A stretch of 64,000 nt of DNA. It comes from a virus. The DNA lies in IMG/VR virus record IMGVR_UViG_3300042695_002264, positions 64,001 through 128,000 of that record. One strand, 5' to 3'. Each line of letters begins with the position of its first letter. Position 1 is the first letter of the stretch. The notes under the pieces are model-generated. The model was not told the DNA's origin and did not search any database. It saw only the letters and a list, made by a program, of their open reading frames with translations. The translations under genes were made by a program, and so were the position numbers. Positions 1 to 11,100 of the stretch are shown here, piece by piece.

Positions 1-525
1 ATCAAGATTGTTTATTTGATTCTGTAAATTTTGCCCAGTACTTTGCAAATTTGCAACTGTTGCGTATGGAGATAAATTTACCCCTGTTATAAATCCACTT
101 GGATTTGTATTCGGATAAAAATTGGAATTGCTATATCCACTTAAATTATTAATTTGATTCTGTAGATTTAAGCCAGTGGATTGAAGATTGGTAATGGTGG
201 AAAATGTACTATTGCTATATCCGCTTAAACTATTTATTGCAGAATTTAAATTACTACCAGTTTGCGCCAGTAATCCGCTGAGTATATTTATTTCTGTTTG
301 AGACGCATATCCAGTACCTAATTGATCTATTTGGTATTGTAAATGACCGCTGGCTCCCAATATGCTTAAATTTTCGACATTAGAAAGGCCAACATCTGAT
401 TTGTCTAATGTTACAAAGCCTATTCTTCCATTAACGGCCTGAACTGGCGCATAATCTTGCTGCACCTCAATATATACCGCTTCTCCGGTAATGGGCTGAA
501 CTGTAACTAAAACTTCTTTTGCCAT
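1..525 (-). CDS. Tail fibre / virion fibre protein, runs off the window start
   Basis: Hand-translated from ATG at 525: MAKEVLVTVQPITGEAVYIEV...VQAVNGRIGFVTLDKSDVGLSNV..., then LQSTGxNLQNQINNL and NPSGFITGVNLS repeats shared with 3925-5829. Confidence 0.8.
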   Translation of the reverse strand, partial: MAKEVLVTVQPITGEAVYIEVQQDYAPVQAVNGRIGFVTLDKSDVGLSNVENLSILGASGHLQYQIDQLGTGYASQTEINILSGLLAQTGSNLNSAINSLSGYSNSTFSTITNLQSTGLNLQNQINNLSGYSNSNFYPNTNPSGFITGVNLSPYATVANLQSTGQNLQNQINNLD

Positions 526-590
526 GACTTTATTATTACATTACACCTCTAGTGCAATATATTTTTTAATTAATTAATCGATTAAAATAA

Positions 591-764
591 TTAATTAAAT
601 ATACCATTTTTTCCACTCGCAAAGCAATCTTCTATGGTATCAAGCCCACTGCCCGCGCTATTAAAGCCTGTTATAAAAATAAATATATTATCAATTGGAT
701 CTGAATTATTAATTTCATTAATTCCAGAAATAAAAATATCTGTGCTATCTGCAAGTATGCACAT
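591..764 (-). CDS. Small hypothetical protein (57 aa)
   Basis: Hand-translated MCILADSTDIFISGINEINNSDPIDNIFIFITGFNSAGSGLDTIEDCFASGKNGIFN; packed 4 nt after the upstream stop. Confidence 0.5.
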   Translation of the reverse strand: MCILADSTDIFISGINEINNSDPIDNIFIFITGFNSAGSGLDTIEDCFASGKNGIFN

Positions 765-768
765 TTGA

Positions 769-927
769 TTATTCTTGTATTTTTTTTATAATTTCTTCTA
801 CATCTTCTATTTCTTTGATACAAGATTCATATAATGCTATATCGCCATTTGTAAATGCAGCATTTTTTTTATCATTTAAATTGCGCAATTTATTCTGTAA
901 AAGGGTTTTTAATTCTTGAATATTCAT
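769..927 (-). CDS. Small helical/coiled-coil protein (52 aa), possible fibre chaperone
   Basis: Hand-translated MNIQELKTLLQNKLRNLNDKKNAAFTNGDIALYESCIKEIEDVEEIIKKIQE; starts 1 nt after the stop of 929-3397. Confidence 0.65.
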   Translation of the reverse strand: MNIQELKTLLQNKLRNLNDKKNAAFTNGDIALYESCIKEIEDVEEIIKKIQE

Positions 928-928
928 C

Positions 929-3397
929 TTAAGTATAAATTAATGTTCTCATTGATTGACTTGTGCTTGGAAGCATAAAATATAAAAATATCAAATCATC
1001 ACTTATTTTATACATTGGAAATGTCTTTATTCTTGAGAAATTGTTATTGTTTGATGTGTATGGAAAAAACGCGCATGTTTCTACTTTAAAATTATTTAAA
1101 TCTATATAACCACATTGCTGACTGTTTCCTCCATATGTAAAATATAAACGATCTTTAAAATCATATGTTGTTTGTGCTCCCAAAGAAAATGGATTGTTTT
1201 GGCCTTGATTTTCTATATTTGGTAGAAATGCCTCCCACTGTTCTGTAGTTACATTATATCTTAAAAATGTAAATTTAAAAGCAGCCGTACCGACAGCTCC
1301 AGCATTATAATATACGTATTTGCCGCGATTTTGCGTGCTATTTTCTACGCAGTTAAGCATTATATTGCTACCACCCAAGGCTTGACGACTATTGCCAAGA
1401 ATCGCGTAAACGCTAGTAGTATCCAATGAAGTGGTTGTGGCTGCGGTAGTTAATGCTGTAGCAGTGTTAGACGTAATTGTAGTCTCAGTAAAAGAAGAGG
1501 TACCAGCTAAAATTGCTACTCTTTTACCAGCATGAATATTTGTAGTCCAGTTTTTTGTAGAGTCTGTTATAACGCCAGCTGCACTTGAAGCCGTACAAGT
1601 TCCATATCCATCTTTATCTGCTGTTGTGCCATCTGTTACATCCACACCAGCTGGTCTTAAATTAACTATATAGTATCTAGCTCCAGCACTAGGGGCGCTG
1701 GCCATAGCATTGACTGTTAAGCTATTAGATGTGTTTGATGTTATTTTTCTTACAATGCTGGTAGGAGTCGCTGTATTTTGTACAGCAGATTGAACTAGTA
1801 GTAATCCATATCCAGACCATTGATTCGTTGCCCAATTTTTAGAAAGATCAAATACTTGTGTGGCTGAAAATACATTTGATGCAGCTGCGGCTACTGTTCC
1901 AGTAAGCGCGGCAGTTAAAGTAGTTACAGATGCTGCACCAGTAAATGTGAATGATTGATTAAAAGAACTATCCGTGCATCCCGTTATAGCTCCAATATCA
2001 CCAGTTGAAAGCAAATGATCACGAACAGTTGTAAATGTTCCTACGCCACCAGCTCTCGTAATTGTAGAAATTGGTATTGGTTCAAATCCAGAAACATTTG
2101 CTCCTGTTGGAGTTAAAAGAATATTGTTTAAATATCCTTTATCGTACCAGTAATTATTCGGCATCCAAACATCTTCATCTTCATTATAAATGAACCATTT
2201 TTGAGATGTGCTGGTTTGTGTATAAAGTTTTGTATTGTCTTGACCAATATGGTATTGGCTAGAAGAATCTGGCTCGGTATCAAATGGTCTGTGCAGTGTG
2301 ATTTTAGTATCTGTATTTTCAGAAATTACTCTATATTGCCCAGCGCCAACGCCACTAGTAATAGAAAGTAACATATTTCTATAGTCACCAGTAGTCCAAT
2401 TCGCGCCAGTATCATTAATTTCTGTTGTTGTTGCGCTGGTTACAGTCCCACTTGTGAATCCGGACGCCATATTGGAAAAAGAATCAATCGTCAAATCGCT
2501 TGGACTTGATGGCGTCATATTGTTAACTGTTTTATTATACCAAACATTTGAACCTAAATCATATTTTACCAAATTCCATGGCGCATTTTGAACTGATGCA
2601 TAAAAAATACATTCTGTGTCTAAAATTTCAAAAAAAGATGTTTTGTCTGGTACTATATCCCAAGGCGAATCTATAGTAGCTTCAGAATATTGAATTCCTA
2701 TTATTGATTGAGAACCAGCTGTTGTACTTATAGCGACTGGAAGATATTGCCCCCAATCTTGGCGAACACCAACTAAGTTAACTTGGGTCAATGCTATAGC
2801 GCTTGGACCATTTGATAAAATTTTTCTAATACTGTTTGTACCAGCGCCAATTAAGATTTTCATTTCGTATCCCATCCATCTATTTGTAGGCCAAGATTTT
2901 GTAGAATCTGTAATAGATTGTGCTACTGCCCAAGTTGTACCAACAGTTGACGAAGTTGGTACTAATTTTTCTTCTGTAACTGGCGCTGAAATACTAGTTA
3001 TTGTTCTAATTTGATTTTTACCTTTGCCTTTATAAATTCTGATTTTTTTACCAACAAATTCAGGCTTAGAATCAACAAAAGCTGCGCTTACTTTATTTGA
3101 TGAAGCAGTAATTACTTGACCTTTATACCCATCATTTGAATAAACTAAATTTACTGCAGTATTAGTGGTAGTGTAAGGCGGAAGTCCAATTTGTGTAGTC
3201 AAAACAGAATCTGAAATTAAATCATTTCTATATATTCCGTTTCCAGCACCATTGTTATAATAATAATATCTATCTTTTAAATCTTTTCTGAAACAAATAG
3301 ATCCATTAGCAGCATTTGCGCCAATTATATAAGAACTTTTTAAAAATTCATATGTTGGCTGATCTAAAACAGGAACTAATTTATTTTGAATACCCAT
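929..3397 (-). CDS. Tail fibre / receptor-binding protein with repeated beta modules
   Basis: 822 aa, Thr/Ser-rich; four repeats of the type ITDSTKxWxTNxW(G)...RxIxSNT; within fibre cluster. Confidence 0.7.
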   Translation of the reverse strand: MGIQNKLVPVLDQPTYEFLKSSYIIGANAANGSICFRKDLKDRYYYYNNGAGNGIYRNDLISDSVLTTQIGLPPYTTTNTAVNLVYSNDGYKGQVITASSNKVSAAFVDSKPEFVGKKIRIYKGKGKNQIRTITSISAPVTEEKLVPTSSTVGTTWAVAQSITDSTKSWPTNRWMGYEMKILIGAGTNSIRKILSNGPSAIALTQVNLVGVRQDWGQYLPVAISTTAGSQSIIGIQYSEATIDSPWDIVPDKTSFFEILDTECIFYASVQNAPWNLVKYDLGSNVWYNKTVNNMTPSSPSDLTIDSFSNMASGFTSGTVTSATTTEINDTGANWTTGDYRNMLLSITSGVGAGQYRVISENTDTKITLHRPFDTEPDSSSQYHIGQDNTKLYTQTSTSQKWFIYNEDEDVWMPNNYWYDKGYLNNILLTPTGANVSGFEPIPISTITRAGGVGTFTTVRDHLLSTGDIGAITGCTDSSFNQSFTFTGAASVTTLTAALTGTVAAAASNVFSATQVFDLSKNWATNQWSGYGLLLVQSAVQNTATPTSIVRKITSNTSNSLTVNAMASAPSAGARYYIVNLRPAGVDVTDGTTADKDGYGTCTASSAAGVITDSTKNWTTNIHAGKRVAILAGTSSFTETTITSNTATALTTAATTTSLDTTSVYAILGNSRQALGGSNIMLNCVENSTQNRGKYVYYNAGAVGTAAFKFTFLRYNVTTEQWEAFLPNIENQGQNNPFSLGAQTTYDFKDRLYFTYGGNSQQCGYIDLNNFKVETCAFFPYTSNNNNFSRIKTFPMYKISDDLIFLYFMLPSTSQSMRTLIYT

Positions 3398-3400
3398 ATT

Positions 3401-3922
3401 TTATGTATTTATTATATTTGCACGAGTGCCATTTGCAAATGTTCTTCTTGTTTCGTTTATTAATTGTTCGTTTACTCCAAAAGTACCAATAGTATTAATA
3501 TTCACATTTTGGTTTCCTGGTAAATTTCCAGCAATACTGTCTATAACTACGCGCTGCCTGCTCGCTGTGTCAATTATGCCTAAACTTTGAGACATTAATA
3601 GTAATTTTCTAAGGATAGCCGAATTATCGTTTATAGAATTTAATAAATCTTGAAGGGTTTGGTCTTTTGCAGAAATATACCCATCCTCTATAAAAATTTG
3701 CAAACTATCACTGTTAGACATGCCGCTTGTGTCAAAGCCCAGATTCAATACATTTCCAGATACTGTCCCGCCTCTTGTTGAATCGGCAAAATTATAAATA
3801 ATAATATTATTAGTAACATTTGTTACTAAAAGTATCGATTCAAGATTTACAGAGGCATAGTCTGTAAGAGTAATTTCTCCAGAAGCTGCATTAAATGTAT
3901 AATTTTCTACAAGAATTTTCAT
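3401..3922 (-). CDS. Tail fibre-associated adaptor protein
   Basis: N-terminus YTFNAASGEITL...ILLVTNVTNNIIIYNFAD resembles phage fibre N-terminal domains; context. Confidence 0.6.
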   Translation of the reverse strand: MKILVENYTFNAASGEITLTDYASVNLESILLVTNVTNNIIIYNFADSTRGGTVSGNVLNLGFDTSGMSNSDSLQIFIEDGYISAKDQTLQDLLNSINDNSAILRKLLLMSQSLGIIDTASRQRVVIDSIAGNLPGNQNVNINTIGTFGVNEQLINETRRTFANGTRANIINT

Positions 3923-3924
3923 AT

Positions 3925-5829
3925 TTACCCCAAAGCTATTGCAAATGCAATACTATTGTTTACACCTAAATTATTTATCTGGTTTTGTAAATTTACATTT
4001 ACCTGATTTAATTGTCCAGTGGTTGCATAATTAGACAAATCAATTCCAGTAATAAAGCCACTTGGATTATTATTCGTATAAAACGCTCCAGTTTGGTTGG
4101 ATGTAATAAAATTACCAGTTTCAGAAGGGCGTACAACACTGCCCGTAGTATAATTTGATAAATCAACTCCTGTTATAAAACCACTTGGATTATCTTTTGT
4201 ATAATAATTAGATAAATCTATATTAATTCCTGTTAATACAGGGTTTCCGGAAACGGTTAAAAGGTTGTTAACATTAACGGAATTTTGACGAACAACTAAA
4301 TTATCGGCGGCACCAAGAGCACCATTGCCGCTTTTATAAATAATAAATTCTCTAGACTTAATGGGATCTGGATTAATATAAATATTTCCATGAGCAATAA
4401 TTGGTCCGCCTCTGTTATCTGAAGTTCTTGCTCCACCATATAAATTAATGCTGCCAATAGTTTCTGGAAGTGGAGCAAATGTGGGTAAATTTCCACCACT
4501 ACCACCTATTATAGTTATATTACCTGGCGTTACTGGGGGAAATCCACCTGATAGGGCATTGCCGCCTATTAAAGTAATATTTCCGCCATTTGCAAATGAA
4601 AATGCACTTCCATCTCCAACTCCAGATCCGCCGCGTATTATAACTGATTCTCCGAATGCATCTGTAATTCCTACAACATCTTTTCCTGCAAGATTTATAG
4701 TACCACCAGTAATGATTATACCGCTTGAGAAAGTTTTTAGGCCGCCAATAGTTTGATTTCCAGTTGTATTTACATATGTTGTTGGGTCAATAGTTATTCC
4801 GCTAATTTTTAGTGATAGGCCATTTTGTATATTAAGATCAGAATCATTAACGCTAATAACTGGCGTACCAACATCTCCACTTTTATAAAATAGAACGCTT
4901 AAGTCTTTATTTGTGCCGCGATTTATAGAAATGCTGGATTGCAATTGAATATTTCCATTTGCGTTTGCGCCTGTCCCCCCCTGAATAACTACAGGACCAC
5001 CAAATCCACCACCATCTCCTCCAAATAAATTTAATTGGTTACCAAAAAAACCGTCTGGCCTACCTTTTATCTGATTAGCATAAACCGTGCTTAAAAATGT
5101 TTTTATACCACTAACTGCTTGATCACCAATCGTATATACCAAATTTTCAATTCCGGTTATAAAACCAGAGTTATTTAAATTATTGATCTGATTTTGCAAA
5201 TTAGATCCTGTAGATTCTAAGTTTAGAATTGTAGAATATTTATTATCAACGAAACCACTATAATTTGTTACGTCTTGAATAGCAGCAATGTCATTTAGAG
5301 TTGAAAGATCATCACTTCTTCTTGCAATACCAAATTTAAAATTCTTGCTATGGTCAAAACCAATGATTGGCCCATAATCATTGATGCCAGAAAAACCGCT
5401 ACCAGTTACGAAAAATATTCCCCCATCAACCGCACCGCCAGTTAAATTTAAAATTAAGTATGGGCTTTGAACATTAAAATTTGTAGTACTAACTATAGTT
5501 TCTGTTCCTGTAACAAACAAGTTTTTTATATAAATATTATCAACAAAATTTTTAATACCAGAAATCGTTTGATCGCCAGTTGTAAATACAACATTTGTTG
5601 TTGTTATATATCCGCTAGGATTCGACGCCGCGTAAAACGCTCCAGTTTGGCCTGTCGTTATATACGGCGAAAGATCTACGCCTGTAATAAAACCGCTAGG
5701 GTTATCTCTGGTGTAGTAGTTTGAAAGGTCTACGTTTACCGCCTCGCCAGATAATAAAATATTATACTTTCCAAATCGGCTTTGATCTGAAAGTATTTTT
5801 TTATTGAATATATCTACTGATAGTGGCAT
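3925..5829 (-). CDS. Tail fibre protein
   Basis: 634 aa; TTGDQTISGIKxF and DLSNYYTxDNPSGFITG repeats, Gly-rich beta-helical stretch, C-terminal SIAFAIALG. Confidence 0.8.
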   Translation of the reverse strand: MPLSVDIFNKKILSDQSRFGKYNILLSGEAVNVDLSNYYTRDNPSGFITGVDLSPYITTGQTGAFYAASNPSGYITTTNVVFTTGDQTISGIKNFVDNIYIKNLFVTGTETIVSTTNFNVQSPYLILNLTGGAVDGGIFFVTGSGFSGINDYGPIIGFDHSKNFKFGIARRSDDLSTLNDIAAIQDVTNYSGFVDNKYSTILNLESTGSNLQNQINNLNNSGFITGIENLVYTIGDQAVSGIKTFLSTVYANQIKGRPDGFFGNQLNLFGGDGGGFGGPVVIQGGTGANANGNIQLQSSISINRGTNKDLSVLFYKSGDVGTPVISVNDSDLNIQNGLSLKISGITIDPTTYVNTTGNQTIGGLKTFSSGIIITGGTINLAGKDVVGITDAFGESVIIRGGSGVGDGSAFSFANGGNITLIGGNALSGGFPPVTPGNITIIGGSGGNLPTFAPLPETIGSINLYGGARTSDNRGGPIIAHGNIYINPDPIKSREFIIYKSGNGALGAADNLVVRQNSVNVNNLLTVSGNPVLTGINIDLSNYYTKDNPSGFITGVDLSNYTTGSVVRPSETGNFITSNQTGAFYTNNNPSGFITGIDLSNYATTGQLNQVNVNLQNQINNLGVNNSIAFAIALG

Positions 5830-5835
5830 GTAGTG

Positions 5836-6165
5836 TTAATTATTTGTATTTGTAATTGAATTCGTTACTGGAAAATTGGTTGAAAAATTTGTTGCAACAT
5901 TGGTTGGGAAAACTTGCGGCGGAGCTGGTGTTATCGCTGGAATCGGGGCAACAATTGGGTTTATTGGTTCATCTATTGGCGTGACTATCGGTGGGTTAAT
6001 AACGTCACCACCCACGGCAATATTTGTAAAAATTCTTGTATTAAACGCGTAATTTGGAAAAGTTTTCGGCCCGTAGCTTGCTGGCCAAACTAATATAAAA
6101 CTTAAAAATAGCCCAATTATGGCAAAAATAATGGTGTCTGTGGGTAGTCTGAGAATAGAAATCAT
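5836..6165 (-). CDS. Membrane-anchored Pro/Thr-Asn-rich protein
   Basis: N-terminal hydrophobic helix, Pro-rich linker, TN-repeat tail; GTGTAA motif just upstream. Confidence 0.6.
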   Translation of the reverse strand: MISILRLPTDTIIFAIIGLFLSFILVWPASYGPKTFPNYAFNTRIFTNIAVGGDVINPPIVTPIDEPINPIVAPIPAITPAPPQVFPTNVATNFSTNFPVTNSITNTNN

Positions 6166-6219
6166 AGTATGCTTTACACTTATAACTCATTAAACATAGG
6201 CACATCAATCAAAATACTT

Positions 6220-6786
6220 TTATTTTTCTATAAAATCAACCAATTGACCTGAAGAGTTTAGTTGTTTTTTAATTGGCGTGATAAATTCGTTGCATAATTC
6301 TAAATTAAATTTGTTTTTAATTTTATTAACAGTGCCTTCCTGACTTGCCTGTAAATCTTCAAAATTTATCATAATAGATATGTCGGGATTTTGTTCACAA
6401 AAGTCTGTGTAAATTTTTTGCCTTTGGGTATAAAAATCCAAATCATCTTTATAAACTTCTAAGCCCATAGGAGTATTATAAAACCAAATATCTTTATTTG
6501 CTAGCCTTGGTAAAAATTCAAAGGTATTTTGATGCTTTAATTTAACACTCTCTGACCAACAATCATAATTTCGGTTTGTGAAAATAAAATAAGGCTGTTC
6601 ATTTGTGTATTTTTTAATGTATTCTAAAATAATCTCAGACGGAGGAACCCCATGTTTCCATCCAAGATAGTGCGTGTGATGCTCTCCCAAGTCGCAAACA
6701 TATGCTTTAAAATTTATAGTAAGTAGACATTGCAGCAGATTTGTTCCTGTTCGTGGCATGCCGTAAACTTTTAAAATCTCTTTCAT
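6220..6786 (-). CDS. Sulfotransferase-like P-loop protein
   Basis: YGMPRTGTN resembles the 5'-PSB loop; later RNY..W..S and INFEDL motifs. Confidence 0.6.
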   Translation of the reverse strand: MKEILKVYGMPRTGTNLLQCLLTINFKAYVCDLGEHHTHYLGWKHGVPPSEIILEYIKKYTNEQPYFIFTNRNYDCWSESVKLKHQNTFEFLPRLANKDIWFYNTPMGLEVYKDDLDFYTQRQKIYTDFCEQNPDISIMINFEDLQASQEGTVNKIKNKFNLELCNEFITPIKKQLNSSGQLVDFIEK

Positions 6787-6795
6787 TGGGCGTTA

Positions 6796-7581
6796 TTAAA
6801 GATTTAATCTTTGAACTAAATTTTCTATTTTTTCCGAAATTCCGTACTGATTTTTTGCACCCATCAAGTGAGTGTATTTTTTAGCCATTGCCTCTTCATT
6901 ACTTGGCCACCCATTTGGAAAAACAAAATCTATTTTTTTATCATAGAACTTCGCTATTGCAGAAAGATAATATTGTTCGGCTATTACGGCTTTTGTCCAT
7001 TGATTATGTTTAAACCCGTGGTAATGAGTCCAAAAATCTTGATTGCTAGGATCTTCTACAAATTGAATTGCTGATTTGCTGTATTTTCTTATAAAATCTG
7101 TATCATGCCCGCCAATAACACCAACATTTACTGCATATTCTGGTTTAGAATTATTAATTATATGCAAATTTGGACAATGTCTTTCTAGTTTTTCAATTTC
7201 ATAAAAATAATTAACAGCATTTTCTGGAGATTGGGCAAAAATTGCAGAGTTTGAAATATTTCCAATTCCCTCATATAGAAAAACATCGTAATCCACATGA
7301 ATAAATGGTTGTTTTTTTTCTGCAATTTGCCCGTAAGCATAGAGCTTACTAATGCTCCAAGTCTGTGAATATTTTGAATCTACCTCGTTAAGCCCTTCTG
7401 AAATAGATGTCCATTTTATGTCTTTAAAAATTTCTGCACCTTTTGTATCAGTAATAAAATGCACCTCGCCAAAATTTTTTAATAAAAAATATGATGATAA
7501 TTTATGTAAATTTATTATAAATGGAGAAGGATTAGCGGCGTAACCATTTGTCCAATATGACATGTATGGTACTAGTTTCAT
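6796..7581 (-). CDS. GT-A-fold nucleotide-diphospho-sugar transferase-like protein
   Basis: HFITD, WSISKLYAY, FIHVDYD (DxD), NVGVIGG, EQ, YTHLMG. Confidence 0.6.
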   Translation of the reverse strand: MKLVPYMSYWTNGYAANPSPFIINLHKLSSYFLLKNFGEVHFITDTKGAEIFKDIKWTSISEGLNEVDSKYSQTWSISKLYAYGQIAEKKQPFIHVDYDVFLYEGIGNISNSAIFAQSPENAVNYFYEIEKLERHCPNLHIINNSKPEYAVNVGVIGGHDTDFIRKYSKSAIQFVEDPSNQDFWTHYHGFKHNQWTKAVIAEQYYLSAIAKFYDKKIDFVFPNGWPSNEEAMAKKYTHLMGAKNQYGISEKIENLVQRLNL

Positions 7582-8123
7582 AAAATTTCGAGAAGTTCGT
7601 CAATTAAATTAATGCCAATACCAACAACACCTTGGTTATTGTAATTATAAAAATAATTTGATGGTGGCGTTACGCTAACAGATGAAAAATTAATTACATT
7701 ATCACCAATATTTTGCAATAAAATTCTTGTAGTATACCCCTCAAATGAATATATGATATTTTCATCGCCGAGTTCTGCAAAAACTGTATTTGATGGAAAG
7801 GTGTGAGCAACGTGCCCTTGATGATCGGCAATTAAATATACATTTATGTTTTTTCCAATTGCAAAATTGGCATAAAAAACTGTTAATGAATCAGCTGCTT
7901 TTATTAAAAATGTATCATAATTTTTAATATCTAAAGTTACATTATTTTGATTTTCTATATATTGTATTGTGCTAATTGTTGGATCTGCCCATGTTCCGTC
8001 GCCGCGTAAAAAGTTTTTATTATCACCAGTAGTGGCTTGTGGAACAAAACCGGGGCGACCAGCATAACTACCAGAAACACCGTCATATGTTTTTGCTACA
8101 TAATATTTATTGAGATCTATCAT
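7578..8123 (-). CDS. Short tail-fibre-related protein
   Basis: GFVPQATTGDNKNFLRGDGTW fibre motif. Confidence 0.6.
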   Translation of the reverse strand: MIDLNKYYVAKTYDGVSGSYAGRPGFVPQATTGDNKNFLRGDGTWADPTISTIQYIENQNNVTLDIKNYDTFLIKAADSLTVFYANFAIGKNINVYLIADHQGHVAHTFPSNTVFAELGDENIIYSFEGYTTRILLQNIGDNVINFSSVSVTPPSNYFYNYNNQGVVGIGINLIDELLEIL

Positions 8124-8132
8124 GATTAAAAA

Positions 8133-11100
8133 TTAAATATTGGCATAGGTTTCGATTTGTGTAATTTCTTCTGAAGATAGCTCCCTGTTATAAATTAGTA
8201 TTTCTACTATTTGACCTGGTAATATTTCATCAGGAGTGCCCCTTCCCCCTATAACGATATTAGTCAACTGTGGCAAGTTATTCATCGTGCCGTATGATAT
8301 ATTATATGATGTTACGCCATTAATGCGAATAAAATTAGAATTGGGTATGCCGTTATGCACAACAGTTTGAACATGATAATTCGCAAGGCTGCTTGAAGAA
8401 GCGGCTGTTGGCCCAGCAATTTGTCTGGCTTCGGTGTAGTAGTAGCCCCTATCTTCGTTAGCGTTTTTAAAGACGTAACACAAATCTCCTGATGTTGAGT
8501 TTAAGTAACCTTTTTGACCTGTGGTAGCAGGGTTATTATATCTACCAATAACTACAAAGGTGCGAGGTGCGCCATTGCTTATAGGGGTAGGAAATGTAAA
8601 CGTAAAATATGTATTAGAGCCATTAAATGAAACAGCTTTGCGGCCATTAAACTCATTTGTTAGCAAGGTCGGATTATTAAATGCGGTGGCTACTACTCCA
8701 TTCTGCTGATCGGTCCAAGAGGTAATGTTGCCACCAGACTCACTAATACCACTATCGGCATTGAATCTAACAAGCAATCCATTTCTAGGAATCTCAGAAA
8801 CAGGATTTGCAAATGGTGCAGTCTGAGGTACAAAGTTTGCAGTATATCGGGCAACACCTTTGGTAATTCTTAGTTCGTCGATGTAGCCGTTAAAAGAACC
8901 ATCCCCACCTCTACCGATATAGATATTTGATGGTAAAGAATGAGATTGTAGAATAGGAATATTTAAATTTGTAAGACCTGAATCTGCTACCCCGTTTACG
9001 TAAACTGTGGTATTTGCACCATTACGTACCCAGGCTATATGTGTCCATTGATTTTGAGGAATAGTTGCATTGCCCACTATTGGGGCACCCCCAAACGGTT
9101 GATACCAAGAGCTAGAACCATTTTGTATTAATAGGCCTATTTTGTTTGAAGAGGTTATTTGCAATTCCCAGGGAGAATATATTCCAGCAAGTCTTGTTGT
9201 AATTAATGCCCCGCCAGATTGAGATGCTGCGCTAAAAACCCACATTTCAACGGTGTAATTAGTATTATAAAAATTAAAAGTACTATTACCCGCAATTTCT
9301 AAATAATCCCCATTACCATCAAAAAGAGCCGCTCCACTTCCAAACTTTTTAATAGCCGTATCTATCTGAGCATTTCCATAAGCTGTCAAAGCGAAATTAT
9401 TCGCAGAAGAGTCGGTAAAAGGTGCAGGATTAAAGTTTAATAATAATGAAACATTATTAAAGTTTGGGTCATCATTGATATTTGATGGTAATTGGGTGGC
9501 AGGAGGAGTAAAGGTTGTTGTATATCTAGCAACTCCCTTGGTTACTCTTAAATCATCGATATAGCCATTAATAGTATACGATCCAATAGTTTCTGTAATC
9601 GTGCTAATTAAAACACCACCTCTTGAAAAATTTACAGAGTTAGTTAAAGATATAACACTGATACCGTTTAAAAATACCTTTAAAGAAGAGCCAGAGCGGG
9701 AAACTGCTATATGGTTCCATGTATTAATTATTGGATGAGATGAGGCATTAGTTGGAGTTCCATTATGGAAAAAATACAGTTGCCCAGATGAATCTACCGC
9801 AATTGCAAATCCATCTGATCTTGTAGAGTTTTGATTTGGCAACGTAGCATCATATAAGCATTGGTTGGTAGACAATGATAGAGGATAATACCACATTTCT
9901 ACAGTAAAATCTCCAGGAAACTGAAATGCTTCATTGAATGAAGAAGCTAGATAATCCCCACTACCATCAAAACTAACAGAACCTCCTCCATACTTGTACG
10001 TAGAAGTACTAATTTTCGTATTTCCATACTTTGTTAGTTTAAAATTATTTTTAGATTTATCCGCATAAGAATCTCCATCCATGTGTAGTAATAAAGAAAC
10101 ATTATCGCCGTGTGGATCTGAAGGATCGGGTAATTGTTGCGCTGGCGGGGTAAAGTTCGAAGTATATCGGGCAATGCCAGATGTAATTCGAAAATCATCT
10201 AAATATCCTTGAAAATAGAAACCGTAATTAGGTGCTCCACCTATTGTAAAAATATTGTTAGTTACTGGGTATGTTTGATTGCCTGACCCAACAGCGGTTC
10301 CATTTATATAAAGAGTATTAACATTATTGTTTCGTACAATAGCAAAATGTACCCACTGGTTAAGCGTAGCGGTGCCGCCTTGAAAATCGGGTGTGAAACC
10401 ATCATTTAAAACAAATGTACCGTCACCATCTATATAAAAATGCACCCCACCTTGACCAGGTTGAATATCTCCAGCTTCAAAAATTGTGCCAAGACTACCG
10501 CTGCCAGTACGATATACCCAACCCTCAATAGTAAAATTGGAACTATAATCAAAAAGTTGATTTCCTCTTATGTAATCTCCATTACCATCAAAATAGGCTG
10601 AGCCTCCTCCGTATTTCGTAATTGAAGTATCTAATTTAGCATTTCCATTTGGTGTTAATTGTAAACTGTTTGTTGATGAATCTTCTAAGAATAATATTCC
10701 TTCTGGCTCTAAGCCGTTTCCGTTATTGTATAATGCTTGAACTTCTTGCAATGTTAAAGGCCTATCCCAAATTCCTACAGCATCAAACATTCCATCTGTA
10801 ACATTGTCGTTGTATGTATAAGCAATTGAGATTTTTCCTGCAGATGTAAATGTGTGTGTATTAGATCCTATTAAAACCCCATTTAAATAAAACGATACAA
10901 CTCCATTGCTGCTAACGCCACATAAATGATACCATGTATTTGTAGTAATACCTCCAGAAGAAGAAGATACAATTGCATTATTACCAGAGTTGTTTCCAAT
11001 ATAAACAGTACCATTGGTTAGTGAACCAAATGTAAACGCATTAACAGTTCCATCTGCACCAAATTTACCACCATTCGTTAAGGTATTTAATTTTAACCAG

